A stretch of 54,499 bases of DNA, filler included, from Sphacelaria rigidula (Eukaryota): assembly GCA_964200075.2 (NCBI GenBank). It is 5 parts of 5 records of this genome, joined end to end, with 100 filler letters (N's around TTAATTAATTAA, not from the genome) between each part and the next. Parts side by side here need not be neighbours in the genome. Positions count along the whole stretch, not along the records: positions 21,844 to 32,664 come from CAXNAA020005857.1; positions 32,765 to 43,582 come from CAXNAA020005858.1; 3 more parts are not named here. One strand, 5' to 3'. Of this stretch, positions 26,386 to 38,300 are shown piece after piece (position 1 is the stretch's first letter; each line of letters starts with the position of its first letter). Under the pieces are notes generated by a model. It did no database searches, was not told where the DNA came from, and worked only from the letters and a program-made list of their open reading frames with translations. A program made the position numbers and the translations under genes.

Positions 26386-27085
26386 TTAGCGCGTATTGTT
26401 CAACTTGTGTTTGATTCGACGCGCGTTTATGAGTTGCTGACATTGTGGTATCTCCTCCGCTCGGTACTCTAAATCTGCTGATGACCCGTAGCCTTGGAGA
26501 CGGAGACGGTACTTGTAATTTTGATGGCTCTTTGTTCCCGGGCCTCGTTTGTGGTCCACCACTTCGTCAACGCAATGACGTTCAATTTTTGGTTTCGTAA
26601 CTTCTGGACGGTCAAGTCGAGGCAAGGGTAATCTTTTGCCCAGGAAAAACTCGTAGAGTAGATCAAACTCGGGAGCTGGGGGTCGTTCTCGTGGATAATA
26701 TTGCCTAAGGTGAGCGAGGTGTACTGACGTCTCTTTAACATCCTCGTTTATTTTGACTTTTTAGACAACCGGATAGTCCTTGTCATAGTAACACCAATTT
26801 TGGATTTGGACCGTCGGTGTCTTGGTGTGGCCTGAGCAGTAGCACTTGTGGGCCAGGTTGAAAGACTGGGTATGGCTTGAGCTCAGCATTGCTTACCTTT
26901 TGATTGTCTGCTCATTTTTTCAAGTTGCGTCTTGAAATTCCAAAAGCTAGCTGCAAGATGTCTGTTGTTTCTTTCGCGTATTGTTCAGCATCCACGACGT
27001 ACCCTTTTTCGGAAATGCCCACAATATCGTCGACAGGTAATTTTGGTTGACGTCCGAAAATGAGAAAATAGGGGGTTATAAACAA
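26386..27085 (-). mobile_element. Ty3/Gypsy (chromovirus-type) LTR retrotransposon remnant: integrase C-terminus plus chromodomain
   Basis: TPYFLIFGRQPKLPVD (integrase core end), FQPGPQVLLLRP...GPNPKL (region leading to a degenerate GPY/F motif) and VDEVVDHKRGPG...YKYRLRLQGYGSSADLEY (chromodomain-like), with frameshifts and stops between them. Confidence 0.85.
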
Positions 27086-27100
27086 TAACTCATCGTTCCT

Positions 27101-28007
27101 GAAACATTTCACATCCTGTAGAACGAAAATAGTTGGTACTCGTTTCCAAAAAACTAATTGTTCAGAATCGTGCGTAACTAGTTGTTTCCGAACAACGAAC
27201 TGTTCAGAATCATGCCTAACTAGTTGTTTCCGAACAACGAACTGTTTAAAATCGTGTGCAACTAGTTGTTTCTGGACAACTACCAGGTGGTTGGTTGACA
27301 AACAAGCAACTCTAGTTGGTTAGAGTTAGAAAAATGAGAACGTGTATAGCAGTGGTGTGAAATCCTATCTGTGTAGAACAGGTAGTAAGTAGGCCAGAAA
27401 GATCAGGCCGACCTCTTCCTGGATGAAGGAAAAGATGAAGGAAACAAAGTACGTGGTGTGATATAAAGGCAAAGGTATATGTAATTCGGGGCGCGAGCAT
27501 GACACGTTTAAGGTTTAGCCTTCACCGCTATTTCATGTATGCATAACGTCCAACTGGCTTGATCAACCACGGTTCCCTTCCGACATCAAAACACGAACAC
27601 GTTTGCCGGCCATGATCTGCTACTGGTGTTGGTGTAGGGGCGGCTGGTGGCACAGCTGCCATTTGGTGCGCTTGGTTCCTTGTGTGTGTGTGTGTGTGTG
27701 TGAGTGCGTGGGGTGCTTACATGTTCATGCGTCAGCTCGATCTCAGCCAACGGTCTAATTGTAATTGTTCCACGATGTTGACAGCTATCCGGGTCACCAA
27801 ACAACTAACTGTTTAGAATCGTGCGCAACTAGTTGCTTCCAGACAACAACTGTTCCAAAATCGTGCGCAAGTAGTTGTTTCCAAACAACTACTGTTCCGG
27901 AAACATGCGCAAGTAGTTGTTTGGAAATAACTGGCCGGTACTCGCAGTTGGTCGACAAACAACTAAGTTGGTTGTTAGTCATAGTTGTACAGGGTGTGAA
28001 ACATTTC
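27101..28007. mobile_element. Non-autonomous TIR-like element with two subterminal ~39-bp repeat arrays
   Basis: 24-bp imperfect inverted repeats (GAAACATTTCACATCCTGTAGAAC vs reverse complement GAAATGTTTCACACCCTGTACAAC, 20/24). Arrays of AACTAGTTGTTTCC..ACAAC.AACTGTT.AGAATCGTGCGC lie at ~27140-27315 and ~27795-27975, with a (TG)n tract at 27681-27701. It abuts the truncated Gypsy remnant. No TSD identified. Confidence 0.55.
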
Positions 28008-28283
28008 GTTCATCCTCTGGGCTGAGTTCTGCGATACCGAGTGAAATGCAGAATGACCACAAGAACACAATTCACTGAGTACAGTACCCTGATACCTAGG
28101 TCCCAGAGGACAACGTGTGAGAGATCAACCGATGATAAGCGGTTGTTTGTACCGTGGGTACCAATGCGTATGTGGAAGAAACGACAAATTTGTTCAGCTC
28201 ATCCGCAACTACAATAGTACCCCAAAACTGGACGCACGAAAAGCTTGGTGAATTCTTGCTCATCACACGGACCAGCTTTGGAG

Positions 28284-28645
28284 CGGGGCTTGTCACGGGA
28301 TTCCGGCACGGGATTGTTGTTCCGTGGCCAAAGAAACGGGACGGAGTGGGAACGTATTCCCTTCGCCAAAATGACCATGGGCACAGGACGGGAATGCGAT
28401 CTCATCCAAAAATATCGACGTGATGATGGGTGACGGGACGGGCATCCCCGGCCCGTACCCTGCGATTTCCCGTGATATTTTCTTCCCGTGACATGCCTTG
28501 TTTCGAAGTAGTTTATCGGAGACGGCCAGGACTAGATCAAACTAAACAACGGTCGTGATAGGTGATGGGAAGGGAGTCCTCATCCCGTCCCGTCGCATGC
28601 GATTTCCCGTGGTATTTTCTTCCCGTGACAAGCCCTGGAGCCCTG
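28284..28645. mobile_element. hAT-type MITE
   Basis: TIR C(G/A)GGGCTTGTCACGGGA (16/17) with a duplicated AGCCCTG at the right end; 8-bp TSD CTTTGGAG (28276-28283) / CTTTGAAG (28646-28653); internal GGGACG/CCCGT motifs. Confidence 0.75.
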
Positions 28646-29097
28646 CTTTGAAGTACCGTACCGGAAAAGACCAGCACCAGATCAAATTGAACGATGGTAG
28701 ACTGGGATGCTTTGGAACTCACCAGGATCATTTGACAGGAAGTTCTACATATAGCCGTAGGTGTTATGACACTGGGCTGTCAAGTAAGAGTGATATATGG
28801 ACCCCACACGTAGCCAGTTGTTTTGATAATCGGTTCCCACTCACCGAGGAACAGCACGAAAAGTGGAAACCGATTTGGAACAGCTCCAACGGCGACGGCT
28901 CGCCCCGCTGAACGTGGGCTCGCCCTCCCCTTTCGAACACTACACCTCCAAACTCCTACAGTCCAACCGTCTACCACCCAGCCATGGTCCCCGACACGGT
29001 AGATATATCCGCCCCAGAGGAGATATCTTCTGTGGATGCTCCGCACGAGCTTGCGTACGAGGCGCGGGTCGCCGTCTCCACGATAAAACCCAAAAAG

Positions 29098-29365
29098 GTA
29101 ATCGCGGTGTTGGGTCTCGCCGCAGACGCGTTACCCATAAACCAACTCATGTGCGTCTGCGCGGAAATTCTGCCGACGAGCACGACCATCAACATCTCGA
29201 CGGTACTCCGGACCCAAGATCGTCGGAGGAGAAGCTGGCCGCCATCGAGGGTTGGAGCACCGTCGCGATGTTGATGGACGTGCTCGTCGCCAGAATTTCC
29301 GCGCAGACGCACTTGAGTTGATTTATGGGTAACGCGTCTGCGGTGAAACCCAACACCGCGATTAC
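29098..29365. ncRNA. Long near-perfect foldback; candidate miRNA precursor or hairpin RNA
   Basis: Arms 29098-29215 and 29249-29365 are reverse complements with about 10 dispersed differences; 33-nt loop. The inverted repeat is certain, RNA function is inferred. Confidence 0.45.
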
Positions 29366-30156
29366 GGGATGCTTTGGAACCCTTCAGTAAAGTAACGCAC
29401 AGTACAGTTCCGCTTGAACTCACGCATACACGGTGCACGTAGCACAAGCTCGAGCAAACACCTGCGCCACGACATGAGGTGTACTATTTGGTTGTCTGTC
29501 GTAGTATGTGAAAATACCGTACGATGCGATACGGTGGGTGCTTTTGCTCTTGATGCAGCCCGTGTGGAAGTGCACTCGACTGAATTCAACAAGCTTCAAC
29601 GCGGTGCAACCCGGCGTGAATTAGGCGTGCCTCGATCAGCGTACTAGATGAAAAAACGACAATAGAAGAGAACACAACCAAGCAGGTTCCCTCACTTCAT
29701 GTCCTTGTCGTATACAATCAGCTACTGCCAGGCACAGCTGATGGGAGAACCCACGTACACTTGTACGCTGGGCGCCGACTGAACATGGAGGTAGTACTCG
29801 TACAGTAGTGCACATCCCGTGACCCGTTTGTATTGTTGACAGTGTTCAGTTCTGCCTGGGCACGCAAAGAAGCCCAATTACCAATGACCCATAATCATTT
29901 TCTCTCACGCATTTTTTCGGGCGATTTTTTCTCACCTTGGACTTGGACGGTAATAGTGCCGATTCCGTCAAGAATCCGAACGACATGGTAACCAGTGCTC
30001 GCTCTTCGCTGTCCTCTACTCTATCCCCGTCTGTTATCTACTAGCAGCCTACGTTGCCACGCTTATTCCTTGCATCGTTTTCCAATAGTTCCTGCATACT
30101 TTATAGCCATACTTATTTCGCATCTGCTTCGCACGCCGATCAAAAGCGGCAGGGGC

Positions 30157-30258
30157 ATGAGGTTGAGAGGAGGGTCATCGTGGCTTATTCTTGCGCTAGC
30201 CAGCGCACTCCTTGCTGGCAATGCTTCTGCACAAGATGGTAATATCGGCGACAGTCAG
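30157..30258 (+). CDS. First exon of a putative secreted or membrane protein (signal peptide)
   Basis: MRLRGGSSWLILALASALLAGNASA-QDGNIGDSQ: basic n-region, hydrophobic h-region, ASA cleavage motif; donor CAG|GTAAAG (alternative G|GTAATA at 30238). Downstream exons not identified. Confidence 0.55.
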
Positions 30259-30924
30259 GTAAAGCGAGAGCAAAGCGAAGCAGGTCCCCATAGCCACACC
30301 GACATGGGTTTGTGGTTCCCCGTTCCTTAGCGCAGCAAATATTACATACTGTACCGCAAACAACAGCATCAACGTCCCGCCAAAAGGGCACATCATAGCG
30401 TCTTGAACCAGATTCGCTGGGGTGCTTCTTTTACCCACCTGCTGGAATGATTTCACGCCATGAGTGCTGCTGTTGTTGTACTGTAGCTGTTGTAGCTGTT
30501 CAAGATTTGTAGGGGAACATTATGTTGCGTGTCTGGCGCAAGTGCACCGAGCAAAATGTTCTTCTACCGGTATTTTATTTGCACGAGAACATGATCATTT
30601 TGAAATTGTTTGCACATTTGAGAGGGCGTGCGATTTACCCACTGAAGCCCCCCATCTGCGCTGCAGCCGTGATAGCCGAACAGAGGCTGCGATGCTTGTC
30701 ATCGGGAAAGATCAGTTGTTTGATTTCCCGCACTTTGGAGGAGAGTAGCGACACCAAAGACGGAGCACGATGAGATATACCACATATATATTGACGAAGC
30801 TTACGTCCAAAGTCAGATTGATTTTCACAAGTGAGAGTACCTCATCGCTGGCTGGCTGTTGCAGCTCACAACGAAGGAAGCACGAAATTTTGACAAAGCA
30901 CTTTGCGCGGCTTCTTCCATTTCC

Positions 30925-31236
30925 AGTCGGTTGGGTGGTGGGTTCAAATCTCGGAGCGATCTGGGATTTTTTTCTCACACCGTGCCCAACAGTGGAGAGC
31001 GACTATGTCGTGGACATACAAAATTCGACCGAACGGTCGACGAGGGGAAGGGACTGCTGAACCCCTCTCGCGATAAAAAATGAAGGCAAGCACCACAGAA
31101 GGAAGGTGGGGTACTTGGAAAAAATAAATAACTCCTGTGTTGACTTCCCTCCTGTGTGACCCCGGCTGGTGCGTCCACATATACCGAAAGGTGTAGACCG
31201 GCGTCCAGAATAAATGGGACGACAACACACACACAG
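30925..31236 (+). mobile_element. tRNA-derived SINE copy (5'-truncated)
   Basis: B-box GGTTCAAATC, shared SINE body, (CA)n tail. Confidence 0.75.
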
Positions 31237-32217
31237 TTAAACTTTTCTTGAGGGATCGTTTTCGAAACCTTGGAGCTGAGTGGGTCGAACAGGTGGGCTA
31301 GACTCGTCTCACTGAGGGGATGCATACGCGTAGTGTCCATAGACGCGTGGTGACGGTATTGCGTGCATTGGGGCCAAAAGTCGCGTCATGTGTTTCGAGA
31401 CTGAAAAATCCGATCCTTCATAGATGAAAAACAGGTCTGATGTACGCACAGTACTGTAGTGAAATGAACCATGTTTCAAATGACAGATCCCGTGGGGGAC
31501 ATGTTGATAAGGTGAAGTCGCGATAGTCTCCCCCCCCCCAAAAAAAAGTCATCCGGACTCATGAATTTGACTTCGGAAATTATTGCCGATACATACTGTC
31601 GGGAACGTCGCTGCCTAAACTTCGTCCGGGGTTCTTTTTCGGAGTACACGAAACGGCCTTAGGGCGTAGGCATTTGCTCCGTAAGCCCGTTTAAAAAAAA
31701 ACTAAGCCCCGTTTTTTTCTTGCAGGCTTTCCCCCCTTGTTTTATGCCCCATTTTAAGCCCTTTATTATTATTATTATTTTATTATTTCCGCACATTAGT
31801 CCCATCTCGCGAACCCGTGGTCACAGACGTACGCTCGCCTTTCCAATACCGTCCAAGCCCTTATCAGCGAAGATATGCGTACTTTTTATGCGCCCCCTTC
31901 GCGTCCTTGTCGTGGCGTTGTGGCAGTATCCCCTCACGAGGCGCGCCTTCTAGCATGAGGAGAAGACGATAATTTGGGTGTTCGAAGTTTTGAAAATTGT
32001 CTTTCATTGAAAAATAGGACTCTTCTTCGATCATTTAGAGTGAATGCCACCCCAAACCACCTATCGAAACAACGTGTCCGCACTACGTACACTCAAGATA
32101 CATGATGCAGTAGCAGGTCATTGCAGCCTCTGTCTGGACACAGGGTATTGCAGCCTTTGGCCTCTCGCCCGGCAAGCTACAAGCTACAAGCTATTGCCCC
32201 CGCCCCCCCGTCATCTA

Positions 32218-32575
32218 CCACCAGTCGACATTTGAAATCATGTCAAACTTCCGGCTCCGATTATACTTGAGCATGACCGCGGCCTGGATCCGGTCCCTTA
32301 CGCCTTCTCCTGGCGGGAGTCCGAACACCCCCTCAAAATGGAAAACACTCGCTCCATAAACGCGGACAATGGCTGAATAAGTACGATATCCATCGCCACG
32401 AGATAGTTATTGGGAAGCTTTGTTTTATGATCGTCCCAAAACGACGGCAAACCGTAATTTGAGAGCGCGCCCGAGGCCGCGATCAAAAGTCATCCGACAA
32501 AAGGCCCGTCATGACCTCGGGGGCCACGAAGGGGAAGACAGCAAGCTGGTGGACCTCCTCCCCCGTGTAACCTGT
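32218..32575 (-). mobile_element. hAT transposase remnant (C-terminal dimerisation domain)
   Basis: FWDDHKTKLPNNYLVAMDIVLIQPLSAFMERVFSIL followed, after a frameshift, by DRIQAAVMLKYNR; matches the hATC W..P.L..A..L...P.SA..ER.FS pattern. Confidence 0.85.
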
Positions 32576-32664
32576 ATGCTGCTTAACGCTTTTGGGACCG
32601 GACCCCTATTAACACAGGGTCAGACCCTGTGTTATGGGAATGATAAAAAATAAGTATTCGAGCG

Positions 32665-32764
32665 NNNNNNNNNNNNNNNNNNNNNNNNNNNNNNNNNNNN
32701 NNNNNNNNTTAATTAATTAANNNNNNNNNNNNNNNNNNNNNNNNNNNNNNNNNNNNNNNNNNNN
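32665..32764. other. Assembly gap with linker
   Basis: N block with TTAATTAATTAA. Confidence 0.97.
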
Positions 32765-32981
32765 CGTCAAACTTTTCGGTGACCGCGTTGAGCCTTTCGG
32801 TGGTCGCCTTGAGTTCTTTCTCAGCCTTCTCCGCGCGTTGAGGCGCCGCCTTGACCTTGCGCGCGGCCGCCAGGGCACAGGTCAAGTCTTGACCGGTTCT
32901 TTCCTTGTACTTCGCCCATGCTTCGCGGGATTTCGATTTTCTCTTGAACTTCGAAACACCGTGCTTCTGAGAATTTCCCAT
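32765..32981 (-). CDS. ATG-initiated basic/coiled-coil ORF running into the gap; possibly the N-terminus of the hAT transposase
   Basis: MGNSQKHGVSKFKRKSKSREAWAKYKERTG...AEKAEKELKATTERLNAVTEKFD, on the same strand as and upstream of the hAT C-terminus; three tandem TTCGGCAGAGG 11-mers at ~33397-33433 resemble subterminal repeats. Confidence 0.4.
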
Positions 32982-34464
32982 TTTTCACCTCCGCAAAAGC
33001 TGCTAGTCCTCAACCTACAACTGCCGACTTTTCAACTCTATTTTCTCGGCAACCAGGTAGAGAATTCGACTGCGGTTTGATGCGTGCGCTTCCCATACAC
33101 CGACACTGTCCACTGTGGCCACAGATTTCCGTACGCGTGCCCAGCACTACAGAAACCGCTGCACCAAACACAAAATGTTCTGAAAAACGCGTTTCCTGCA
33201 ACGTTCTGGGACTTTTTGGATCCCCTGTGGCGAATAGAGCAAATCTGCTTGCGCTGCTGTATAGATCTAGCGTGTGTGCTGGGGGCTGTGAAGTTCCAGA
33301 AGCCGCTGTGCTTCCTGTCTCGAGATAGTTGCGATGAAAAAAATTACATCTGTCGCATACTAAACCTGGGTAAATTGGGATGGAGCGTGTGTCATTTTCG
33401 GCAGAGGTTCGGCAGAGGTTCGGCAGAGGTTCGGCGCAGGTCCGACCAGTCTGTGACGTCTTCAATACGTCTTCAATATCCGTCCGCATTCTTTTTTTTT
33501 TGTGGGCCCCGGATTTTTGGTCGGTAAGGCCTTCATTCACCCCCATAACAGTAGTTGTAGGTCAACAGAGGGTTGTAAGAAATCTTCGTTAGAACACTAA
33601 TCAGTTCAGAGCGAACGTTTGCCCGAATCATGCGCTCTCTGGCCTTGATTACCCTACTCACTACGTGCTATCGCATCTGTGCTGTCATCTCGGCACATGC
33701 TGATGATAAGAACATTGGTTTTCCCCGCAATTGCTCGCTCGAAGTATATGGCTGTTGTCTCACCAGGGCTGATTGCACAGTGCCGACATTTGGCGAAAAT
33801 ACGCGTGCGTAGACCTCTGTACCCTGCACTAAAGCTACAATTGTGGTCATCTGCCATAACTATTATAATAATGTTACCGGTGGGTAGTGAGCATCATTAC
33901 AGATATTTGTACGTAGTCCAGTCCGTTCTGCTGATCAATATGATCGGGACGCAAAATACGACCGAACAGGAAAGTGATCCTGAAGGGGGCTCGAAAACGT
34001 GAGTTTCAACATGCCCGCCACCATCATACCGGCACCATTTCGACCCCCCCTTGCACAGGGCACCTACATTGTAATTTTAGGGGACCTACACAAGTGTGTG
34101 GCTTTGATCATCACTAGCGACACACTGTCTACGAGCAAACTGAACAGATCAGCAATGTTATTCGAAGTGATGTCTCCGGGGGTAATGTTGGGCTTACGGT
34201 CATTTGAACATGTTTGCGGGGGGGAAACGTGACCCATCAAATCAACGCTCCACGCAACTATGATATCGCTTTCGAGTAGATCAGTGCTGCCACAGCAGCT
34301 CAGTCCAAGGCGCTGTGCTCAGGGATGCCACAGGCCAAATTGACATCCCCTAAAACAACCGCTTAGACTTGAAATAACTGTCGTGACTCTCAGCGACGTT
34401 AAACGTATGCCATCCACACCTTTATACCGACTTTTGTTAACTGGAATTGCCCATGTTTTTTCTC

Positions 34465-34795
34465 TCGTGGGTTCGAATCTCGGTGCAGTCACACGATCTG
34501 GTATTTTTCTCGCACAACGCCCGATAGTCGAGAGCGACTACGTCATGGGTACACAAAATTCGACCTCGCGGTCGACGAGGGAAAGGGACTGCTGAAGCCC
34601 TCTGCCGACGAAAAATGAGGCAAGCACCGCAGAAGAAAGGTGGGGTACTGAGACAAAATAAAAAGAGAGAAAAGTCTTGTGTTGGCCTTTCTCCTGTGTG
34701 ACCCCGACTAATGCGCCCACACATATACCGAAAGGTGTAGACTGGCGTCCAAAACAGATGGGATGGCAACACAAACACCGACACAACACCACGAC
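34465..34795 (+). mobile_element. tRNA-derived SINE copy (5'-truncated)
   Basis: B-box GGTTCGAATC, shared SINE body, CA-rich tail. Confidence 0.78.
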
Positions 34796-35051
34796 AAATG
34801 TTACTCGTGTATTGTTCCATATTCGCAATAAAAAATGGCCGATGTAATCGACCATTCTAGGATCATCTGATTATGGACAATGGGGACACAAATGCACGGA
34901 GCAGTACACGCTTTATGTTCACAATAAAATTAAAATTGCACGCACCTCTTGCGGATGGCATGCGCTTTCGGTACAACACTACGTTTACTCCTCTCTCACT
35001 GAAACAGGCTTGAGAATTGTTACGTCGAACGTTCGTAAATACGTACCTTAC

Positions 35052-35347
35052 CTTCCATCTTCTGAAAAGGCAAGGCAAAAGACCTCGGATTTAGCGGCGA
35101 CAGTACTGGCTAGCTTTAGCGTGTGCTGATCGAACCCACCACCGCCACTTCCACCGCCACCGCCGCCTCGTGTGGTTATTTTGTCCTCAATACTACTCCC
35201 ACCGTCTCCTTCCTTGCCGTCCTCTCGCTGTTCTTCGTCATCCTCGTCAGAGTCTGTTACCACGAGACGATCTCCTACGCCTTCGCTAGAGTTCGAGGAA
35301 CTACAAGTGTCTTGGCGCCGAAAAAGAGACATCATTTTGCTAGATAT
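35052..35347 (-). CDS. Probable exon of a WD40-repeat-like protein (acidic/Gly-rich N-terminus)
   Basis: Pyrimidine tract and CAG acceptor before 35347, ATG at 35335, open frame MMSLFRRQ...DSDEDDEE...LKLASTVAAKSEVFCLAFSEDG, strong donor AG|GTAAGG. VFCLAFSEDG resembles a WD40 VxxxxFSxDG strand. Confidence 0.55.
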
Positions 35348-38300
35348 CTGGTTGCCCACGAACGTGCGAGAGGGAGAGAATTGTGCTCATACGATGGCGA
35401 ACTTCGGCGGGGCGGTTAAAGCTCCTCCTGCTGATGCTGTTTGGTACGTTGACTTGCTTAACGTTAACAGGGAGCAGTACAGTTGTGGCGGGGGTTTTGT
35501 TGCATACGACGACGATCGCGATCGGCTAACGAACGAATACGTACGTTACATCATTTGCTTTCAAAGGATTGGTGTGCATACTGGTGCTAGTTTTTCTGTG
35601 TAATCTGGTGATAGCTGCCTATGCTACCCCCACAATAACGCCAGCGCTTCCTTGCTATGACTGGCAGATATCGCAGACATAGTTGGGAGGTGAACCGCAG
35701 GACAGCCATGAAACAGTATCTATTCATCCGCAAAAACCAAGAACGATGCAGACACAATTGATGTCTATTGTCATATTCCACACAGTAAGTGTGTGCTGCG
35801 AAGTGTTTGGAGTTGCAACTGGACATATTTACAGGGTGTCGGTAGACTGTAAAGCATGGCTTCTGGAGGAGTGGCAGGAGGGGGAGGGGGGGGAGGAGGA
35901 GGAGTGTGGGTATTCTACTACCTCCAAGGAGAAGATGGGGACTGTGTGGAAACTCCGAACGCTTTCAATGTAAGATGACTAAACCACGACAGAAGTTCAC
36001 TTGGTACTACTGTACCTGTACAACGGGTCGTCTCAGGTCTGAGTACGCCTTGCTCGGCGACATCCACCATGGCCTCCAGGGTGATGTCAGCACGTCCACA
36101 TGTACCTGTCAGCATCAGCCTCTGATATCGGCTTCTTTTCGTCAGATGTGGTCTATAGTCGAAGGAGAAATACGAACTTGAGGATATAGAACGGTGATGC
36201 TCTGGGACGGTACTGTTCCATGCCATCTCTTGAAACTACCTGCTTGTTAATGGAGTTGTGCACTACTACTGTACTAGTGTATGCTGTACTGACTGTACAA
36301 ATTTCAGTAGTTCTCACGTGTAAACTGTTGTACTGTTGTTACTGTTTACCGTCATGTACAGTCAGCTAGTCCCAGCTCCAAGGCACCGCTCGCTACGGCG
36401 GGACCCCACGTGAGCGGTGGATGTCGGCTTGCACTAGAGACTACTCCGATCCGTAGGGTCCAATTCACCGCTAGTCTGAGTTTCACTCGAAAGCGATCAC
36501 ACTCTGCTTGCGCTACACCACATGAAGGGGAGGGGGGGGGGAGGCACTCCCTGTTCCGTAGTGTTTTCTGGTACCATAACGGTTCGCATTTCCCAATATA
36601 TTTCGATGATTCGCGTCCCTCTGCGGTGCGGCACACTGTACGATGTAGCACACAGACGGGACTACAGGGCCGCAGGAAGTGGAGTACAGTCAGAGGCGTG
36701 TAGTCGGTGCCGTGCAGTGCGTTCTGATCCATCCCCTTGTCTATTTGGTTCACACAGCTGTTTTGAGGTCAAAGCGGTGCGTTGTAGTGCACCCTCAAAA
36801 TCTAGTCGTATGCCTACTCGAACTTTGCTGCCGCGACAAAACTTTCAGGAGCAGTCAGCAGCATCCACCCGGCAGGTCTGGTGCGCCGCCTCTTCTATTG
36901 TTACAATTCAGGCCGTATCTTATCGGGACAACGACAAGAACCGTGGAACAAAAGAAGAATCCAACAGCAGCATGTTAATTAGTCGCTGCAACCACTGACC
37001 CGCCCGGCGATTAACCAACGTGCTGCTTGTGGACGCTTGTTTCGTTTCTCGCTTCCTCTCTCGCCTAGACAGGGCCTTATTTTAGTGATCGCAGACCATG
37101 CACTGGCTTCTGGACTCCTTTTGTCAAATTAACCCGCACCATTTTTTTTGCTGGAGGAGTTCGGCCATGAATGGACCTTTGTACACTAAGCGCACTTGAT
37201 TCTAGGGCTGAGAGCAGTACGGGAGTGTGTGTCCATGTGAGCGTTTGGTCATTGTGGTGATGTCATTTGTCATGGACACCCGTGGTGGTGGGCCGATGCA
37301 ATGGTATCCCAGACGTGTGTCCAGGGGCCGTCGTTTCATTCACCAAGTCTGCGGTCGTCATGTTCCACAATCATTTTCCGTGCTCATATTTTTCCACACC
37401 TTGGAAAAAACATGGTCAAGAGTTGCATTAGACAAGGAACGTACTGCACAGAGTATAGACCTATTGCGACTACCGTCGGCCGGCAATAGTTGCAATAGGT
37501 CTCTACTTTATGCAGTACACTTCTCGTCTATTGCATCTGTTGACCATAAAGTGTCCAAGGTGTGTATTTTTCCGAAGCGCAGGTTCACCCGCCATAGTAC
37601 GCCGTGTCGGTGATGCATTCACCTCGCAGCACCGATGAAGGCATATTTGGAACAGTCCACGTGTTGTGCACAAACCTCAGAGCCACCGTAGGTCATGTGC
37701 TGTATCACAAAATCTTCGGCTGTGCCACCCGGCGCAAAGCGAAACTGCTCCCGGTCATGATAAATAGCGCGGTGCGACGGAGGCTGGTAGACCGGCGTTG
37801 GGCTACAGATGTCCATGGTTGACCCAATTTTACAAGTATCGCTACCTCTAACCCTGCCCCTAACCCAACACATACCGAGAACCCTCGGGCAAGAGTGGTA
37901 CATATCATTCCCTAGGCAACGTGCGACCTTCGTAGACCCCAAATCGAGAGAGGTCTCATACTCGTGTACTGTAACAGATGGAAGTGTGAGTCTGGGGGGT
38001 ACCGATCGTACCTTCGGGGAATTACCGTCTTCTCTTGTGTACGGGGATCCCTTGGTACACCAGTAGCAATCGCAACCTTGTTGCAGCGTGCCGTGCATTT
38101 CTCTATCCACCACCCGACTAGGAAGTCATGATCCAGCGGCCAAAAATCTACCGTTACTGGCTCCAGAGAAAAGGGATATACGAGTACAAGAATTCGTCGG
38201 TTTTGTCCGTTCGCACACAGACGATCCCTCGGTGGCGAAGACGTTATTCTGCTGTGCCTTCTGGTAGAAAAACGAGGAGGATGGGGTTTATGTCGGGAGT

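Noticed and set aside
27140..27975. 39-bp repeats as CRISPR or as a repeat protein (KQLVAHDS...)
   Set aside because: Units are contiguous without unique spacers, and the ORFs are by-products of a repeat length divisible by three.
35394..35443. Plus-strand mini first exon MANFGGAVKAPPADAV with a GTACGT donor
   Set aside because: No homology support, and it sits within 60 bp of the better-supported minus-strand exon's acceptor region.
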